From assembly GCA_049570475.1 (NCBI GenBank), contig CP186953.1:256001-320000 (forward strand): a DNA stretch of 64,000 nucleotides. Direction: 5' to 3'. Positions 30,248 through 41,538 of the stretch are shown here, one piece after another (the stretch's first letter is position 1; each line of letters begins with the position of its first letter). This stretch comes from Candidatus Methanosuratincola verstraetei (GTDB lineage: Archaea; Thermoproteota; Methanomethylicia; Methanomethylicales; Methanomethylicaceae). Made by a program: the position numbers and the translations under genes. The notes under the pieces were generated by a model. That model had not been told where the DNA came from, did no database searches, and saw only the letters and a list, made by a program, of their open reading frames with translations.

Positions 30248-31321
30248 ATGGGCAAGATCAAAGTGGGTATTTTGGGTTCGACGGGATCAGTCGGCCAGAG
30301 ATATGTGAACATGCTTAGGGATCACCCGTGGTTCGAGGTAGCGGCCCTCTCTGCTTCGGAGGCATCAGTTGGGAAAAAGTACAGGGAAGCCGCAAAGTGG
30401 GTGCTCGACAAGGAGATGCCAGAAGGGATGGCGGAGATGAGGATCGTCAGGGCGACCCCGACTGAGATAAAAGGGGCCGGGGCAGAGCTCGTCTTCTCCG
30501 CGCTCCCCTCGGAGGTCGCAAAGCGGACTGAGATGGATATGGCTGAAGCTGGGCTTTTCGTCGTTGCAGACACGAGTGCGCACAGGATGGATCCGGATGT
30601 CCCGCTGCTTATCCCCGAAGTGAACTTCGGACACCTCGATGCAATCGAGGCGCAAAGGAAAAAGCGGGGCGGATTCATAGTAACGGGTCCAAACTGCACC
30701 ACCATTGGCCTGGCAGTCTCTCTTAAGCCAGTCCAGGCGGAGTTCGGGCTCAGGAGGGTGCTCGTCTCTACGATGCAGGCGCTCTCAGGGGCTGGGTTCT
30801 TTGGAGTGCCGTCCATGGTGATAATTGACAACCTGATACCGTACATAAAGAACGAGGAGGAGAAGGTCGCCTCAGAACTACTCAAGATCCTGGGGAGCTT
30901 CAGGGGCGGGCACTTCGAGAATGCCAGCATAAAGGTTGGCGCCAGCTGCCACAGGGTGTGCGTGCTCGACGGGCACACTGAAGCAGTCTTCCTCGAAACC
31001 GAGAAGGCTGCCACGCCGGATGAAGTCGCTAGATGCATGGCAGATTTCGCGTCGGAGCCGCAGAGGCTTAGGCTCCCCTCCGCGCCAGAGCGGCCCATAA
31101 TTGTGAGGGATGAGCCAGACAGGCCGCAGCCGAGGCTCGACAGGCTCTCAGGGGCTCCTGAACGCGCTAAGGGCATGGCCACGGTCGTTGGCAGGATCCG
31201 GAGGGAAAGCGCGCTGGACAACGGGATCAAGTATGTGCTCCTCAGCCACAACACCATCAGAGGCGCTGCCGGGAACGCTATACTGATAGCGGAATGCCTA
31301 AAAGCAAAAGGGATCATCTGA
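30248..31321 (+). CDS. asd: Aspartate-semialdehyde dehydrogenase (archaeal type)
   Basis: GSTGSVG, PNCTT, QALSGAG, HNTIRGAAG. Confidence 0.95.
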   Translation: MGKIKVGILGSTGSVGQRYVNMLRDHPWFEVAALSASEASVGKKYREAAKWVLDKEMPEGMAEMRIVRATPTEIKGAGAELVFSALPSEVAKRTEMDMAEAGLFVVADTSAHRMDPDVPLLIPEVNFGHLDAIEAQRKKRGGFIVTGPNCTTIGLAVSLKPVQAEFGLRRVLVSTMQALSGAGFFGVPSMVIIDNLIPYIKNEEEKVASELLKILGSFRGGHFENASIKVGASCHRVCVLDGHTEAVFLETEKAATPDEVARCMADFASEPQRLRLPSAPERPIIVRDEPDRPQPRLDRLSGAPERAKGMATVVGRIRRESALDNGIKYVLLSHNTIRGAAGNAILIAECLKAKGII

Positions 31322-31333
31322 TCTAACATTCTG

Positions 31334-32755
31334 GTGGTCTTAATGAGGCTAGTAATGAAGTTCGGCGGAGCGCTGATGGAGGATGCCGAACAGATAGCCA
31401 ACTCTGCATCTCTTGTGGCAGAGAGGGCTAAGAAGGAAGATGAGGTAGTGGTCACCGTCTCCGCCATGGGCGGGGTTACGGACGAACTAATACAGATGGG
31501 CGAGAATGCCAAGCTTGGGGACATGGAAAAGGTCCGCAGTATGCTCTCGAAGCTCGAGAAGAGGCACTTAGAAGCGGCGAAAAAGCTATGCGCCGGCTCC
31601 GCCCTTGAAGAGACCTCCGAGAAGATAAGGAAACTTATAGAGACGCTGAACCAGTGCCTTACAGGCGTTTTCCTCCTCAGGGAGCTGACGCCAAGATCCA
31701 AAGATCTGATACTCTCCTTCGGGGAGCGGCTCTCGGCCCCGCTGATGAGGGGTGCGCTGGTCTCCATGGGCATCAAGTCAATTGACCTGACTGGCGGCGA
31801 GGCAGGCATAATCACCGACAGCAACTACGGCAATGCAAAGCCCCTCCTCAACATAACAGAGGTGATGGTAAAAGACAGGCTCATGCCGATTCTCAAGGCA
31901 GGCGTAGTGCCAGTGGTGACCGGCTTCATTGGCCAGGACCAGAACGGCGTTGTGACCACCCTGGGCAGGGGCGGGTCAGACTACACCGCGACCATCCTTG
32001 CGGCATCCCTTGAGGTGGACGAGGTATGGATCTGGAAGGATGTCGACGGGATAATGACCGCAGACCCGAAGATAATCAAGACTGCCAAAACCATACCTGT
32101 GCTCTCATATCTCGAAGTGATGGAGATGGCTTACTTCGGCGCGAAGGTCCTGCACCCGCTGACGGTCACCCCCGTCCAGGAGAGATTGATCCCAATCAGG
32201 ATAAGGAGCGCATACAACCCTTCAAACCCTGGAACATTGATCAGGGAGAAGAGCGTGCCGAAGCCCACCGTCAAGGCGATAACTGCAATCAAGGGGATGA
32301 GCATAATCACCACTGGAGGGGCAGGGATGATCGGGGTCCCGAGCGTAGTGGCCCGCGTCTTCTCGACCCTTTCCTCGAACGGAATAAATGTCGCGATGAT
32401 CTCCCAGAGCTCCTCCCAAGCAAACATCTCGATGGTCGTCAAGAATGAGGAGCTCGAGAAGGCACTGAAGGCACTGAAGATCGAGTTCAGGAACGGGGAT
32501 CTAATAAGGGACATACACTCGATTCCAGATGTTGCGATCATAGCCATCGTCGGCGAGGGCATGCGGGGGACTAAAGGAGTCGCTGCAAAGCTCTTCAACG
32601 CAGTCGCCAATGCCGGGATCAACGTCCTGATGATCTCCCAAGGGTCGTCGGAGCTCAACATTTCGTTCGCAATCCAAGAGATCGATCTGAACAGAGCAGT
32701 CGAGGCAATACATGCAGCCTTCGAGCTTGACAAAATGGGCGAAAATGCCGCCTGA
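31334..32755 (+). CDS. Aspartate kinase with two ACT domains
   Basis: VMKFGG, SAMGGVTD, TLGRGGSD, DVDGIMTADP. Confidence 0.95.
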   Translation: MVLMRLVMKFGGALMEDAEQIANSASLVAERAKKEDEVVVTVSAMGGVTDELIQMGENAKLGDMEKVRSMLSKLEKRHLEAAKKLCAGSALEETSEKIRKLIETLNQCLTGVFLLRELTPRSKDLILSFGERLSAPLMRGALVSMGIKSIDLTGGEAGIITDSNYGNAKPLLNITEVMVKDRLMPILKAGVVPVVTGFIGQDQNGVVTTLGRGGSDYTATILAASLEVDEVWIWKDVDGIMTADPKIIKTAKTIPVLSYLEVMEMAYFGAKVLHPLTVTPVQERLIPIRIRSAYNPSNPGTLIREKSVPKPTVKAITAIKGMSIITTGGAGMIGVPSVVARVFSTLSSNGINVAMISQSSSQANISMVVKNEELEKALKALKIEFRNGDLIRDIHSIPDVAIIAIVGEGMRGTKGVAAKLFNAVANAGINVLMISQGSSELNISFAIQEIDLNRAVEAIHAAFELDKMGENAA

Positions 32756-32908
32756 GAAATGGGACTTCATGCGTCCCGACGGGTTAGAACAGCACCCGCC
32801 AAAATTCAAAATCCATTTTTCTTTCGCATTATTCCAGTAGCCAAAATGCGGAAAAGCCCCGATTTTTGACGATCCTAAAAGATAAAAAAATAAACTGAAA
32901 AGAAAAGC

Positions 32909-33916
32909 TCACGCGAGCTTTTCTGCCACAGCCTTCGCAAAGTCCATGGTGCCTGCAGTGCCGCCCAGATCCCGGGTCACAGTCTTGCCTTCCTCGAGCA
33001 CTGCGTCGATGGCCTTCTCAAGGCGGTTCCCTGCGTCGACTTCCCCAAGGTATCTAAGCATCATGCAGGAGGAGAGCATAAGCGCTGCCGGGTTTGCGTC
33101 CCACTTCCCGGCATGCTTCGGTGCAGTCCCGTGGATTGCCTCGAAGAAGGCGTACCGGTCGCCTATGTTGGCGCTTGGCGCAAGCCCTAAGCCCCCCACC
33201 ACACCAGCAGCCTCGTCGGAGAGTATGTCACCGAAAAGGTTTGTCGTCACTATCACGTCTATGTCCTGCGGTCGCATCGCAATGCGCATGGCAGCCGCAT
33301 CAACATGCATCTCGTCGAAGGCTATGTCAGGGTAGCCCTTTGCAACCTCTGCGCAAACAGACCTGAAGATGCCGCAGGTCTCCTTGAGAACGTTGGCTTT
33401 GTGCACTGCGGTCACCTTCTTGCGCTTCTCCCTCCGCGCAAGCTCGAAGGCAAACCGGGCGATCCGCTCTGATCCCTTCCTGGTTATCTTCCTTATTGTT
33501 ATCGCAGAGTCGCCGATGGGGTACTCGATGCCAGAGTAGAGGCCCTCAGTGTTCTCCCTTACGATTATCAAGTCAACATTCTTGTGCACCGAAGGCACAT
33601 TGGGGTGGTTCTTCACCGGGCGCACATTCGCATACAGGTCGAGGATCTGCCTGAGGGTGACCGTGGCGCTCCTGAACGAACCTGGCCCTGGGGGCGTCTG
33701 AGTCGGCCCCTTCAGGCAGGCGTCAGAAGCCTTTATGATATCTATGGTCTCCTCAGGGAGCTGGTTCCCGTACTTCTCCCAGGCATTGAGCCCAGCCGCG
33801 ACCTTTGTGAATTCGAACTTCAATCCGAGCGCATTAAGCGCGTAGATCGCTGCCTCGGTGATCTCCGGCCCTATTCCATCGCCAGTTATAACCGCTATTT
33901 TGTAGGTCCTTCCCAT
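32909..33916 (-). CDS. (Homo)isocitrate dehydrogenase-like beta-decarboxylating dehydrogenase
   Basis: [24 protein letters not shown] (isocitrate-type loop), NLFGDILSD. Confidence 0.8.
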   Translation of the reverse strand: MGRTYKIAVITGDGIGPEITEAAIYALNALGLKFEFTKVAAGLNAWEKYGNQLPEETIDIIKASDACLKGPTQTPPGPGSFRSATVTLRQILDLYANVRPVKNHPNVPSVHKNVDLIIVRENTEGLYSGIEYPIGDSAITIRKITRKGSERIARFAFELARREKRKKVTAVHKANVLKETCGIFRSVCAEVAKGYPDIAFDEMHVDAAAMRIAMRPQDIDVIVTTNLFGDILSDEAAGVVGGLGLAPSANIGDRYAFFEAIHGTAPKHAGKWDANPAALMLSSCMMLRYLGEVDAGNRLEKAIDAVLEEGKTVTRDLGGTAGTMDFAKAVAEKLA

Positions 33917-34416
33917 ACGAAACTTCCTCTCTTTTTGTAGTGCTCTACCAACCCTCCGTCCTGGAGGATTGTCATCAGGAATCCGGGTATGGGCTTGAAA
34001 TAAAAGGCTTTTCCTCGGGACAATACCTTGCCCTCGGTCAGCCTTATCTCGACTGTGTCACCTGTCTCGACTTCGCTGTAGAGTTCTGGGCATTCCACCA
34101 GCGGCAGCCCGACGTTGAAGGAGTTCCTGTAGAAGATGCGCGCGAATGACTTTGCCACTACCGCGCTGACGCCAGCGTGCTTGAGTACGAGCGGGGCCTG
34201 CTCCCGGCTGGAGCCGCAACCGAAGTTCTCGCCTGCGACTATGATGTCCCCTTTCGAGACCTTTGAGGCAAACTCAGGGTCTGCGCCCTCCATGGCATGC
34301 TTGGCGAGATCATCCAAGTCTATAGTCTTGAACTTATACTTCCCCGGTATTATTAGGTCGGTCGAGATGTCGTCACCGAACTTCCATACCCTTCCAACAA
34401 TTGCCTCCATTTTCAC
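33895..34416 (-). CDS. Homoaconitase/IPM dehydratase small subunit
   Basis: DISTDLI, GKYKFKT loop, [11 protein letters not shown]. Confidence 0.85.
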   Translation of the reverse strand: MKMEAIVGRVWKFGDDISTDLIIPGKYKFKTIDLDDLAKHAMEGADPEFASKVSKGDIIVAGENFGCGSSREQAPLVLKHAGVSAVVAKSFARIFYRNSFNVGLPLVECPELYSEVETGDTVEIRLTEGKVLSRGKAFYFKPIPGFLMTILQDGGLVEHYKKRGSFVWEGPTK

Positions 34417-35660
34417 AACACCTTCTCCGGAACGGTTATCCTTCCATTCAGCGCGCAGTAAGCGGCGGTTAGAGGCGAAGAGAGGTAGATGCTCGCATCA
34501 GCGCAGCCCATCCTCCCCTTGAAGTTCCTGTTGGTCGTAGAGATCACTATCTCGCCGGGCGACGGCACGCCGTGGTGCCCCCCGACGCATGGCCCACACC
34601 CAGGGACGCCGACTGCGCATCCGCTCTTCACAAGCTCTTCGATGATCCCTTTTTTCAGCGCAGCCAGGTAGGTCTCCCGGGAGGCTGGCATGACTATGGT
34701 CCTCGCCTTCACCTTCTTGCCCCTCATGACCCTTGCAGCAACCTCGAGATCCTCAAGGCGTCCGTTAGTGCAGGAGCCTATGAAGACCTGATCGACTTGG
34801 ATTCCTTCCAACTCAGAGACTGCTTTGACGTTGTCGACCTGGTGGGGGCAGGACATCATTGGCTCGAGCTTCGCAGCCTCTATCTCGAGCACATCGGAGT
34901 AGTGCGCGTCAGGGTCAGCAGACAGCTCTAGGAATGGCACCTGGATCCGCCCCTCCAAGAACTGCCTTGTGACCCCGTCCGACGCGATCAGCCCAGTCTT
35001 GCCTCCCATCTCGACTGCCATGTTGGTCATCGCCATCCTGCTGTCTACTGACATCCGACCAACGGCGTCACCAGTGAACTCGACAGACATGTAGGTGGCG
35101 CCGTCAGCCCCGACCTCGCCTATCGCATACAGAATGGCATCCTTTGACATCACGTTCCTTGGCATCTCGCCAGCGATATTTATCCGGAAAGTCTCAGGAA
35201 CCTTGAACCAGAGCTTCCCCGACGCGAAGACAGCGGCCATGTCGGTGGATCCTATCCCCGTGGAGAATGCCGCAAAGGCGCCGTGCGTGCACGTGTGCGA
35301 GTCCGCGCCAACGACTACCCCGCCAGGGAAGACGTGCCCCTTCTCAGGCAGGAGCTGGTGGCATATCCCCTCCCCGACGTCATAGAGGGTTACCCCATGC
35401 TTCTTCGCGAAGTCCCGCATCATCTTGTGGAGCGCGGATGTCCCCTCGTTTGAGCTTGGGGAGATGTGGTCAATCACAAAGACTGCCTTCTTCCCATCCC
35501 AGACTTTTTTGGCACCCATGCCCTCGAAGCTCTTTATCATGAGCGGGGCGGTCCCGTCCTGAGCCATCGCCGCATCGATCGGGAGGACTACGATCTCCCC
35601 CGGCGAGGGGGTTCGCCCGATCTTCCTTGATATGATCTTCTCGGCAAGTGTCATTCCCAT
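34413..35660 (-). CDS. Homoaconitase/IPM dehydratase large subunit
   Basis: QDGT, DSHT, GSCTNGR, CGPCVG, TTNRNF. Confidence 0.88.
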   Translation of the reverse strand: MGMTLAEKIISRKIGRTPSPGEIVVLPIDAAMAQDGTAPLMIKSFEGMGAKKVWDGKKAVFVIDHISPSSNEGTSALHKMMRDFAKKHGVTLYDVGEGICHQLLPEKGHVFPGGVVVGADSHTCTHGAFAAFSTGIGSTDMAAVFASGKLWFKVPETFRINIAGEMPRNVMSKDAILYAIGEVGADGATYMSVEFTGDAVGRMSVDSRMAMTNMAVEMGGKTGLIASDGVTRQFLEGRIQVPFLELSADPDAHYSDVLEIEAAKLEPMMSCPHQVDNVKAVSELEGIQVDQVFIGSCTNGRLEDLEVAARVMRGKKVKARTIVMPASRETYLAALKKGIIEELVKSGCAVGVPGCGPCVGGHHGVPSPGEIVISTTNRNFKGRMGCADASIYLSSPLTAAYCALNGRITVPEKVL

Positions 35661-35790
35661 TGATCGACACCAGACTTCCTTTTTAAAAGAGCTTTGATTT
35701 TAAACCTATCGCAAGCATGGTGACCACACTAGGAAAGCGTTATAATTGTACCTCAGGGAGAGAGATACACAGCCAGGATGGGATGAAGGG

Positions 35791-36243
35791 ATGGGGAAGG
35801 AGGAGGGCTCAGCAACGGAGGCAGAAGGAGAGTCAGAGAGGAAAGGGGTTGAGAGGTTCAGCATCTCGGTCGAGCCCGAGCTCGTGAGGGAGTTCGACAG
35901 CCTTCTTGAGAAACTCGGCCAGAACAGATCCAAAGCCATACAGCAGGCAATGCGCCTCTTCCTCTCCGAGCACTACTGGGCTGAGGGGGAGGGGGAGTGC
36001 GCGGGCGCGGTAGTCGTCGTGTACGACCACAGCGCAAGGCTGGCTGAGGAAGAGTTGACCGACCTGCAGCACGATTTCAGGGATGCGATCAACTCGGTTC
36101 TGCACATACACGTCGACGAAAGGAACTGCCTAGAGATCATAGCGGTCAGGGGCAGGATAGGGAGGGTGAAAGGGCTGATCGAGTCCCTGGAGAAGGGCAA
36201 GGGCGTGAAGCAAATAAAGCATACGATAGTCTCAATCAAGTGA
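35791..36243 (+). CDS. nikR: Nickel-responsive regulator NikR
   Basis: RFSISV ribbon-helix-helix, NRSKAI, YDH, LHIH...CLE. Confidence 0.9.
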   Translation: MGKEEGSATEAEGESERKGVERFSISVEPELVREFDSLLEKLGQNRSKAIQQAMRLFLSEHYWAEGEGECAGAVVVVYDHSARLAEEELTDLQHDFRDAINSVLHIHVDERNCLEIIAVRGRIGRVKGLIESLEKGKGVKQIKHTIVSIK

Positions 36244-36250
36244 ATGAGGT

Positions 36251-37075
36251 TCAATTGGAGGTTGGATCTGCACAAGATTGGCCTTTTTGGCTCGGCGAAG
36301 CCCTTACCACGCCGAAGCCAGCCGTCCGGCCCTTTCCGACGTTGGAGAACTCTGCCAAAGACGCAAGGCAACAAGTAAAACGCTGCCACTGCTCATTGCC
36401 TTCAAAATTGTATGTGATCCTTCCAGTAAAACCAACTATTCTACCCTTAGAAGTTATCTTAAGCTCAGTCCTGAGCGAGTAATAGGACACCCAGCTGCTT
36501 GAACCGAGCCATTCCAGATACTCTTTGGACTTGTCACACTCAAGAGGGCACCCTGAAAAAAGATTCCACAGCTCAACGAGCCCTCCAAAAACTTTCTTCT
36601 GTTCTGGAAAGAGATGCTCCCTTGCCTGACCTAGCGCAGAAAAACGCGTTGGGGTCAAAAACTCGATATGCAAGCGCTCTGCCGGGAATGCATCGGCGCA
36701 CATATCTTGGTAAGATTTTGCTTTTACCCTAACAGACTCGATCCGCAGCGATTTATCACGGATCATTATAGAGTTCTTTTTTTCGAATATGCTGAGGAGT
36801 TCATGGGTGTGCTTTTCATTCAAAAAACGAATTCTGAAAGAACATGGCGAAGAAGGATCCAAAATGTAACCTGAAGAATTCCGTTGCTTGCTCTTGAAGA
36901 AAAGCGGCGTGACTGAATAAGGCTTAGTAATGTTTGGCTCATGGAGATCTTGAGATGAAGATGGATTGACCTGCCTTATAATGTTCAGAAGGATGCCTCG
37001 GGAGACGTAACCAGTAAACGAAGGCAATTGGAGCTCTTCCTCAAGCCTAAGGACAAATTCGAATTCTGTAGGCAT
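36251..37075 (-). CDS. cas6: CRISPR pre-crRNA endoribonuclease Cas6
   Basis: KPYSV, FLTPT, GFTG, G-rich loop VGKGRTAGFG. Confidence 0.92.
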   Translation of the reverse strand: MPTEFEFVLRLEEELQLPSFTGYVSRGILLNIIRQVNPSSSQDLHEPNITKPYSVTPLFFKSKQRNSSGYILDPSSPCSFRIRFLNEKHTHELLSIFEKKNSIMIRDKSLRIESVRVKAKSYQDMCADAFPAERLHIEFLTPTRFSALGQAREHLFPEQKKVFGGLVELWNLFSGCPLECDKSKEYLEWLGSSSWVSYYSLRTELKITSKGRIVGFTGRITYNFEGNEQWQRFTCCLASLAEFSNVGKGRTAGFGVVRASPSQKGQSCADPTSN

Positions 37076-37124
37076 GAAGCACCCTCTTCTTGTGTGTTGG
37101 ACATCGCCTCAGGTTGAAGTGAAA

Positions 37125-38297
37125 TCAAGGAAGTAAAGATGTGAAGTATACCATATTCCTGCAGAAATCATACAGGCGTTTGTTGTCCCTGTTCTCTTTA
37201 TTTTTTACATTCTCATAATCGTAAGACAGAACTGTCTTTGACGACCGCAACATCAGTTCCTCTCGAGATCTCCTGTCTCCTTGCGATGCCGCAAACAGCA
37301 GTTTTAAAAGATCTCTTTCGGAATCGGCCTCCTTTTCCCACATAGCTGTACGGATGATCCATTGAATCGACTTCTTCCCATTGCCACTGTTGACTCTCCT
37401 AAGGAACTCGTTCGCCCTTGCCCTATAGGAAGCCAGAGGGACATTTAGACCAATTCTAATCTCTGCCGGCGACATGCCCGCTGGATTCTTCATGCCTACA
37501 ACGAGCAGCTCGTCCAAATATACAGGAAGATTCATGGCCATCCACATTATCATGCCTTCTTCTGGCTTGAAACCAGGAAAATCTTTCATCGAGTCAAGCA
37601 TTAACTCAAAATTGCTTCTTGTGTATCCGAGATCGGTTGGGAGGGCAAGCACCGTTAAATAGATTGGTTTATTTCCAGAAGGAATCATGACATTCCCTAT
37701 TCTTGCAATAGAGTATCCAGCTAAACGGATCAGAAATTCCCAAGTGGATAGTTTTGCCTCATCCCCTGAAACCTCTTCTGATTTGAATTTTCCATCGAAA
37801 TAGGGTCCCCTTGTATAACCATACAATTCAGGTTTGAATATCGATATAGGAGAATGTATCTTTTCTGCTTCTGCCAAAGATTTGAACCCTTTCATGTCCA
37901 TTTTTTCTAAATACTGACCAAATTGATGAAATACTTCTACAAAATTAGTGTCCGTTGGAATTTTCAGGTCTCTTTTTATCTTTACCAAGATGTCCTTGTC
38001 ATTTCCGCTTGCAGGTATATCGACTCTGGGCTTCTTTTCACTCTTTTTACTAACAGTATCGGCTTCAGTTTCTTCTTTAAGTGGATTCCGCTCAACATAA
38101 TTTCGAAGCCGATCTTCGGCTTTATAAAAGACTTCAGCAAAAAGGGATGGCAAAGGGGCACCTTTGGATTGAACTTTTATCCGGTTGCCTTCTATCCTTA
38201 GATCGGCCTTCTCCTTATCCATCATATTTACAAAGCTAATTACATAATGTCTGACTATTCCGAAGTTCGAAATTTTCAATTCCACGGATTCATGCAT
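37125..38297 (-). CDS. cas8a: Putative type I-A large subunit Cas8a (Csa4-like)
   Basis: Position between cas3'' and cas6 in the I-A gene order, and size; no motif-level proof. Confidence 0.65.
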   Translation of the reverse strand: MHESVELKISNFGIVRHYVISFVNMMDKEKADLRIEGNRIKVQSKGAPLPSLFAEVFYKAEDRLRNYVERNPLKEETEADTVSKKSEKKPRVDIPASGNDKDILVKIKRDLKIPTDTNFVEVFHQFGQYLEKMDMKGFKSLAEAEKIHSPISIFKPELYGYTRGPYFDGKFKSEEVSGDEAKLSTWEFLIRLAGYSIARIGNVMIPSGNKPIYLTVLALPTDLGYTRSNFELMLDSMKDFPGFKPEEGMIMWMAMNLPVYLDELLVVGMKNPAGMSPAEIRIGLNVPLASYRARANEFLRRVNSGNGKKSIQWIIRTAMWEKEADSERDLLKLLFAASQGDRRSREELMLRSSKTVLSYDYENVKNKENRDNKRLYDFCRNMVYFTSLLP

Positions 38298-38988
38298 CTA
38301 AAGTTTCCTCCAATTCCTCGACAAACTTGCTTCTCTTTTTGCTTATGCCTCTTGATTTAGCATCTATATTGTCCCCATAAATCACAGGATTCAAAACCAA
38401 ACAATAAAGCTTGGCATAACGACTTATGTTGGCACTACGGGTAACATTTCCCACCCATTTCATAAAAGCCATAGCATTTTCCTTCTCAATCCTCTGTAAC
38501 GAAAACTTCGTTCCAAAAACCTTTTCCGACAAAAGATCGATATCAGCCTTGAATTTACTAAAGCTCCAAGTATGATTTCTTGACTTTAGAAGATCTTCCT
38601 GCAATCTGTACGGGCGCATTGCAGTGTGATGAAAAAGCACTGCTAAGGACGCCAATAGAATTGACTCATAATCATTGCCTTTTTTTTCCATAAAAGTCTT
38701 GGTAATTATGGCTGAAGGAATCTCATGCAATGAAAAACTAGGTTTTTTGTTTTGCTGTGCCTCAAATTGCATTTGGTAATGGTCTGCAGCCTTGCCAGCG
38801 TCATGAAATGTCGAAGCGACCTTTACTATATAATTAAAGTCGCTAGATGAAAACGGTTTGTTTAAGACCGAACGTATCCTTCTCGCGCAAACCTCAGCAT
38901 AACATTTCCCTGAATATTTTAAAGCAATTTCTGAAGTGTTGATTGCGTGCGATTTCAATTCTTGATTTGTATAAGCAAGAGCGTTCAA
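38290..38988 (-). CDS. cas3'': Cas3'' HD nuclease
   Basis: LKSH, FHDAGK, LHE, FHH, GDNIDA. Confidence 0.9.
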   Translation of the reverse strand: MNALAYTNQELKSHAINTSEIALKYSGKCYAEVCARRIRSVLNKPFSSSDFNYIVKVASTFHDAGKAADHYQMQFEAQQNKKPSFSLHEIPSAIITKTFMEKKGNDYESILLASLAVLFHHTAMRPYRLQEDLLKSRNHTWSFSKFKADIDLLSEKVFGTKFSLQRIEKENAMAFMKWVGNVTRSANISRYAKLYCLVLNPVIYGDNIDAKSRGISKKRSKFVEELEETLDA

Positions 38989-38991
38989 TCT

Positions 38992-40671
38992 TTAATCCTC
39001 CAGCCAGACATAGCCTATTTCAGGATCGAATTCATCTAAGGCAATACCCTCGTATCCCTGGAGCTGCAGCTCTAACGAAAGGGATGGAGCCCCCAAAAGA
39101 GTTCTTAAACAGCTTTCGTCCTTGTCCAAATTTATTATTTCATTTTCTCTTACCACTTTCTTCCTAAGCTTCAACACGCGTTTTGCCTCAGCCTCAGAAA
39201 GGCCTACAGCAAACTCCCTTCTTTCGGCTGAAGGCACCTTTGACTCCATGAATCCGGTTACAATTCCAAAACTGTCTGTAAAACCTTTGTAAAATTCCAA
39301 CGCCCTGTCCACATTTGCAGAGTCTAGCAGTACAAAGTTGTCAAGCCAACTAAGAACCTCCCATAAACTTCTATCAACTTCAATAGACTCATCCCTATAG
39401 ACTTCGTCGATTATATCCCGATTAATCTGTTGCTTTTCAATAACCAAATCCAATGTTTTCTTGCATATGGACTGATCATAGGGTCCAAAGGAAGCATGTT
39501 TGCTTTCTTCAATTATGAAAACCTCCCCTGAATGTGCCCCTTTTTCTCTGGCGACCCTTCCGGAACGTTGCATCAACCTGTCCGCTGGGCAAGAAGCGGT
39601 TATCAATACATCAAAGCTTAAGTTGACGCCAGATTCGACAACTTGCGTTGCAACCGCTAGGTCAGGGGTATTTTCCGCCATATTTTCACCTGAAGAGATC
39701 TCATCAACTCTTTTTTTCCTGATGCCTTCCGGAAGCTTTCCATGTATTAGAAAAGGATCCAAGTGCTTGAGCTCATTAAAGCAATAAACGGCATCTCTTA
39801 CAGTATTGAAAGTGCAGAGCACCTTCTTTCCTTCCCTCAAGAAACGTTCACATAGTTCTGGAACGGTATCTCTCTGAATTTTGTGAAAATTGATTGTCCT
39901 TGATCTCCGATCTTCTTCGAATGCCTGGTCATCTCCTTTAGAGTAAATTTTTTCTATAATAGTTATACCATATTCGCCAAGTTTTTTGACCAAAAGTTTT
40001 TTCATTATTGATGGCATAGTCGCCGTCATAACTATTACAGGCACACCAGCCAGGCACAGAGACTTGATGGCGGAGAGCACGGAGGTCAAAGATTTTGACA
40101 CTGCTTTAGCATCTTCGGTTCCAGTCCCCAGTTTTGAAAACAAATGGAACTCGTCGAATATAACAAATGCAGAGTAAATTTGTGCCCTAGGGAAGTCGAA
40201 ATGTGTGCCGCGCTCATCCAACACTCTCGAAAATTCTTTAACTGGAGCCTTGAAGAAATTCAAAACAAATGTGTCCAGAGTCGTAATCACCACTTTTTTT
40301 GCAAAGTATGGAGATTCTTGAAGGCCAAGATGCTGTATTGCGACTTTCCTTTCAAATTCGCCGTTTTCATTCTCTTGCTTTAGGCAGGAAACAACCTCTT
40401 TCCCAAGCTGGTCAGCAATGCTACGCATAGGCAATACATGAATGATCCTTGAGAAAAAAGAATTGCCTTCAATCGCCCTTTTTGCCAAAGAAACAGTTAT
40501 AGTAGTCTTGCCATAAGAAGTTGGCAGATCCAACAACAGAAGAACAGGTTTTCCATTGCCTAATTGCATTTCGAGCTCTTTCAACCCTTCTGAGATTAGT
40601 CGCCTAGGAAACCAATTTCTTGATCTGCAAAAATCATCGTATGCAGACGAGATGCTTCCTTCATCGTTCAA
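38992..40671 (-). CDS. cas3': Cas3' SF2 helicase
   Basis: LPTSYGKT, DEFH, TAT, TQVVESG, QRSGRVAR. Confidence 0.93.
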   Translation of the reverse strand: MNDEGSISSAYDDFCRSRNWFPRRLISEGLKELEMQLGNGKPVLLLLDLPTSYGKTTITVSLAKRAIEGNSFFSRIIHVLPMRSIADQLGKEVVSCLKQENENGEFERKVAIQHLGLQESPYFAKKVVITTLDTFVLNFFKAPVKEFSRVLDERGTHFDFPRAQIYSAFVIFDEFHLFSKLGTGTEDAKAVSKSLTSVLSAIKSLCLAGVPVIVMTATMPSIMKKLLVKKLGEYGITIIEKIYSKGDDQAFEEDRRSRTINFHKIQRDTVPELCERFLREGKKVLCTFNTVRDAVYCFNELKHLDPFLIHGKLPEGIRKKRVDEISSGENMAENTPDLAVATQVVESGVNLSFDVLITASCPADRLMQRSGRVAREKGAHSGEVFIIEESKHASFGPYDQSICKKTLDLVIEKQQINRDIIDEVYRDESIEVDRSLWEVLSWLDNFVLLDSANVDRALEFYKGFTDSFGIVTGFMESKVPSAERREFAVGLSEAEAKRVLKLRKKVVRENEIINLDKDESCLRTLLGAPSLSLELQLQGYEGIALDEFDPEIGYVWLED

Positions 40672-41515
40672 GGATCATGACCTCATCGGAGGCGAATTCG
40701 TACGAAGATCCCTTAACCCGAACAGAAATTGCTTCAGACGATATAGGGGAGCGGCTGCCAGGTATGACATACTCTGAAAAAACAGGAGGATCGTCTCTAC
40801 CCCATCCGCCCTTCCAGAAGGCAAGTTTGTAGGATCTGAATTCCTCGCCTGTTCTAACTTCACCTGCTTCTGCTGGAAAATAGAGTTTTGTCTTTACAAC
40901 ATCTTCTGATTTTTTCTTGACCTCGACCAGCTCTGCCTTATTGACAGAAAATATTGACTCTTTGCTCCCTATCCTACTTATCGACCAGAGGGTTTCTTCT
41001 AAATTCCTGTCCCAAGGAGGCAGGATGTACTTTGAAAGCGTCTCCTCATCAAAAATAAAGAAGACAGTTGCTTTTCCTTTTGGATATAAAACTTTTCCTG
41101 AAGAGATAGCCCCTGTTCGATATTTCTCGAGATACCGCCTACCCCCAGCAGCCTTTTCCTCTGGCTTATCCTTTGTGGTGGTCTGAAAATGCACAGTAGT
41201 GTACTTATTTATGTCTTCCCACATTATTGCCTTCCCATTCAAGAACATCGAGGCACCAAGAAATGCATCCGCGAAAGAAGAGGCGGTGCTAAGTGGTGCA
41301 CATTTGCCATTAAAGACAGGAAATATTGTTTCGCCAACAATCTTTCCTTGGCCTACACTTTCTGCAAGAAGCCCCCGTCTAGCCAGTGGGAAAGCAAGTG
41401 CACCAATAAGCGAGGTAGGAGGTGGCAGAGGCAATGCTGACTGCTGCTTACTGGTTCCAGGGATCCTCACCCAATAGCCCCAATGATACTCGCCCTCTAT
41501 CCTTATCCCAAGCAT
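40661..41515 (-). CDS. cas5: Type I-A Cas5
   Basis: HWGYWVR...PLPPPTSLIGAL, RIGSKES. Confidence 0.9.
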   Translation of the reverse strand: MLGIRIEGEYHWGYWVRIPGTSKQQSALPLPPPTSLIGALAFPLARRGLLAESVGQGKIVGETIFPVFNGKCAPLSTASSFADAFLGASMFLNGKAIMWEDINKYTTVHFQTTTKDKPEEKAAGGRRYLEKYRTGAISSGKVLYPKGKATVFFIFDEETLSKYILPPWDRNLEETLWSISRIGSKESIFSVNKAELVEVKKKSEDVVKTKLYFPAEAGEVRTGEEFRSYKLAFWKGGWGRDDPPVFSEYVIPGSRSPISSEAISVRVKGSSYEFASDEVMILER

Positions 41516-41538
41516 CTGCCTCACGCCACCAGACCGGC

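Noticed and set aside
30322-31824. 500-aa minus-strand ORF
   Set aside because: Antisense shadow of asd and aspartokinase; Ser-rich with no motifs. Such shadows are common throughout this window.
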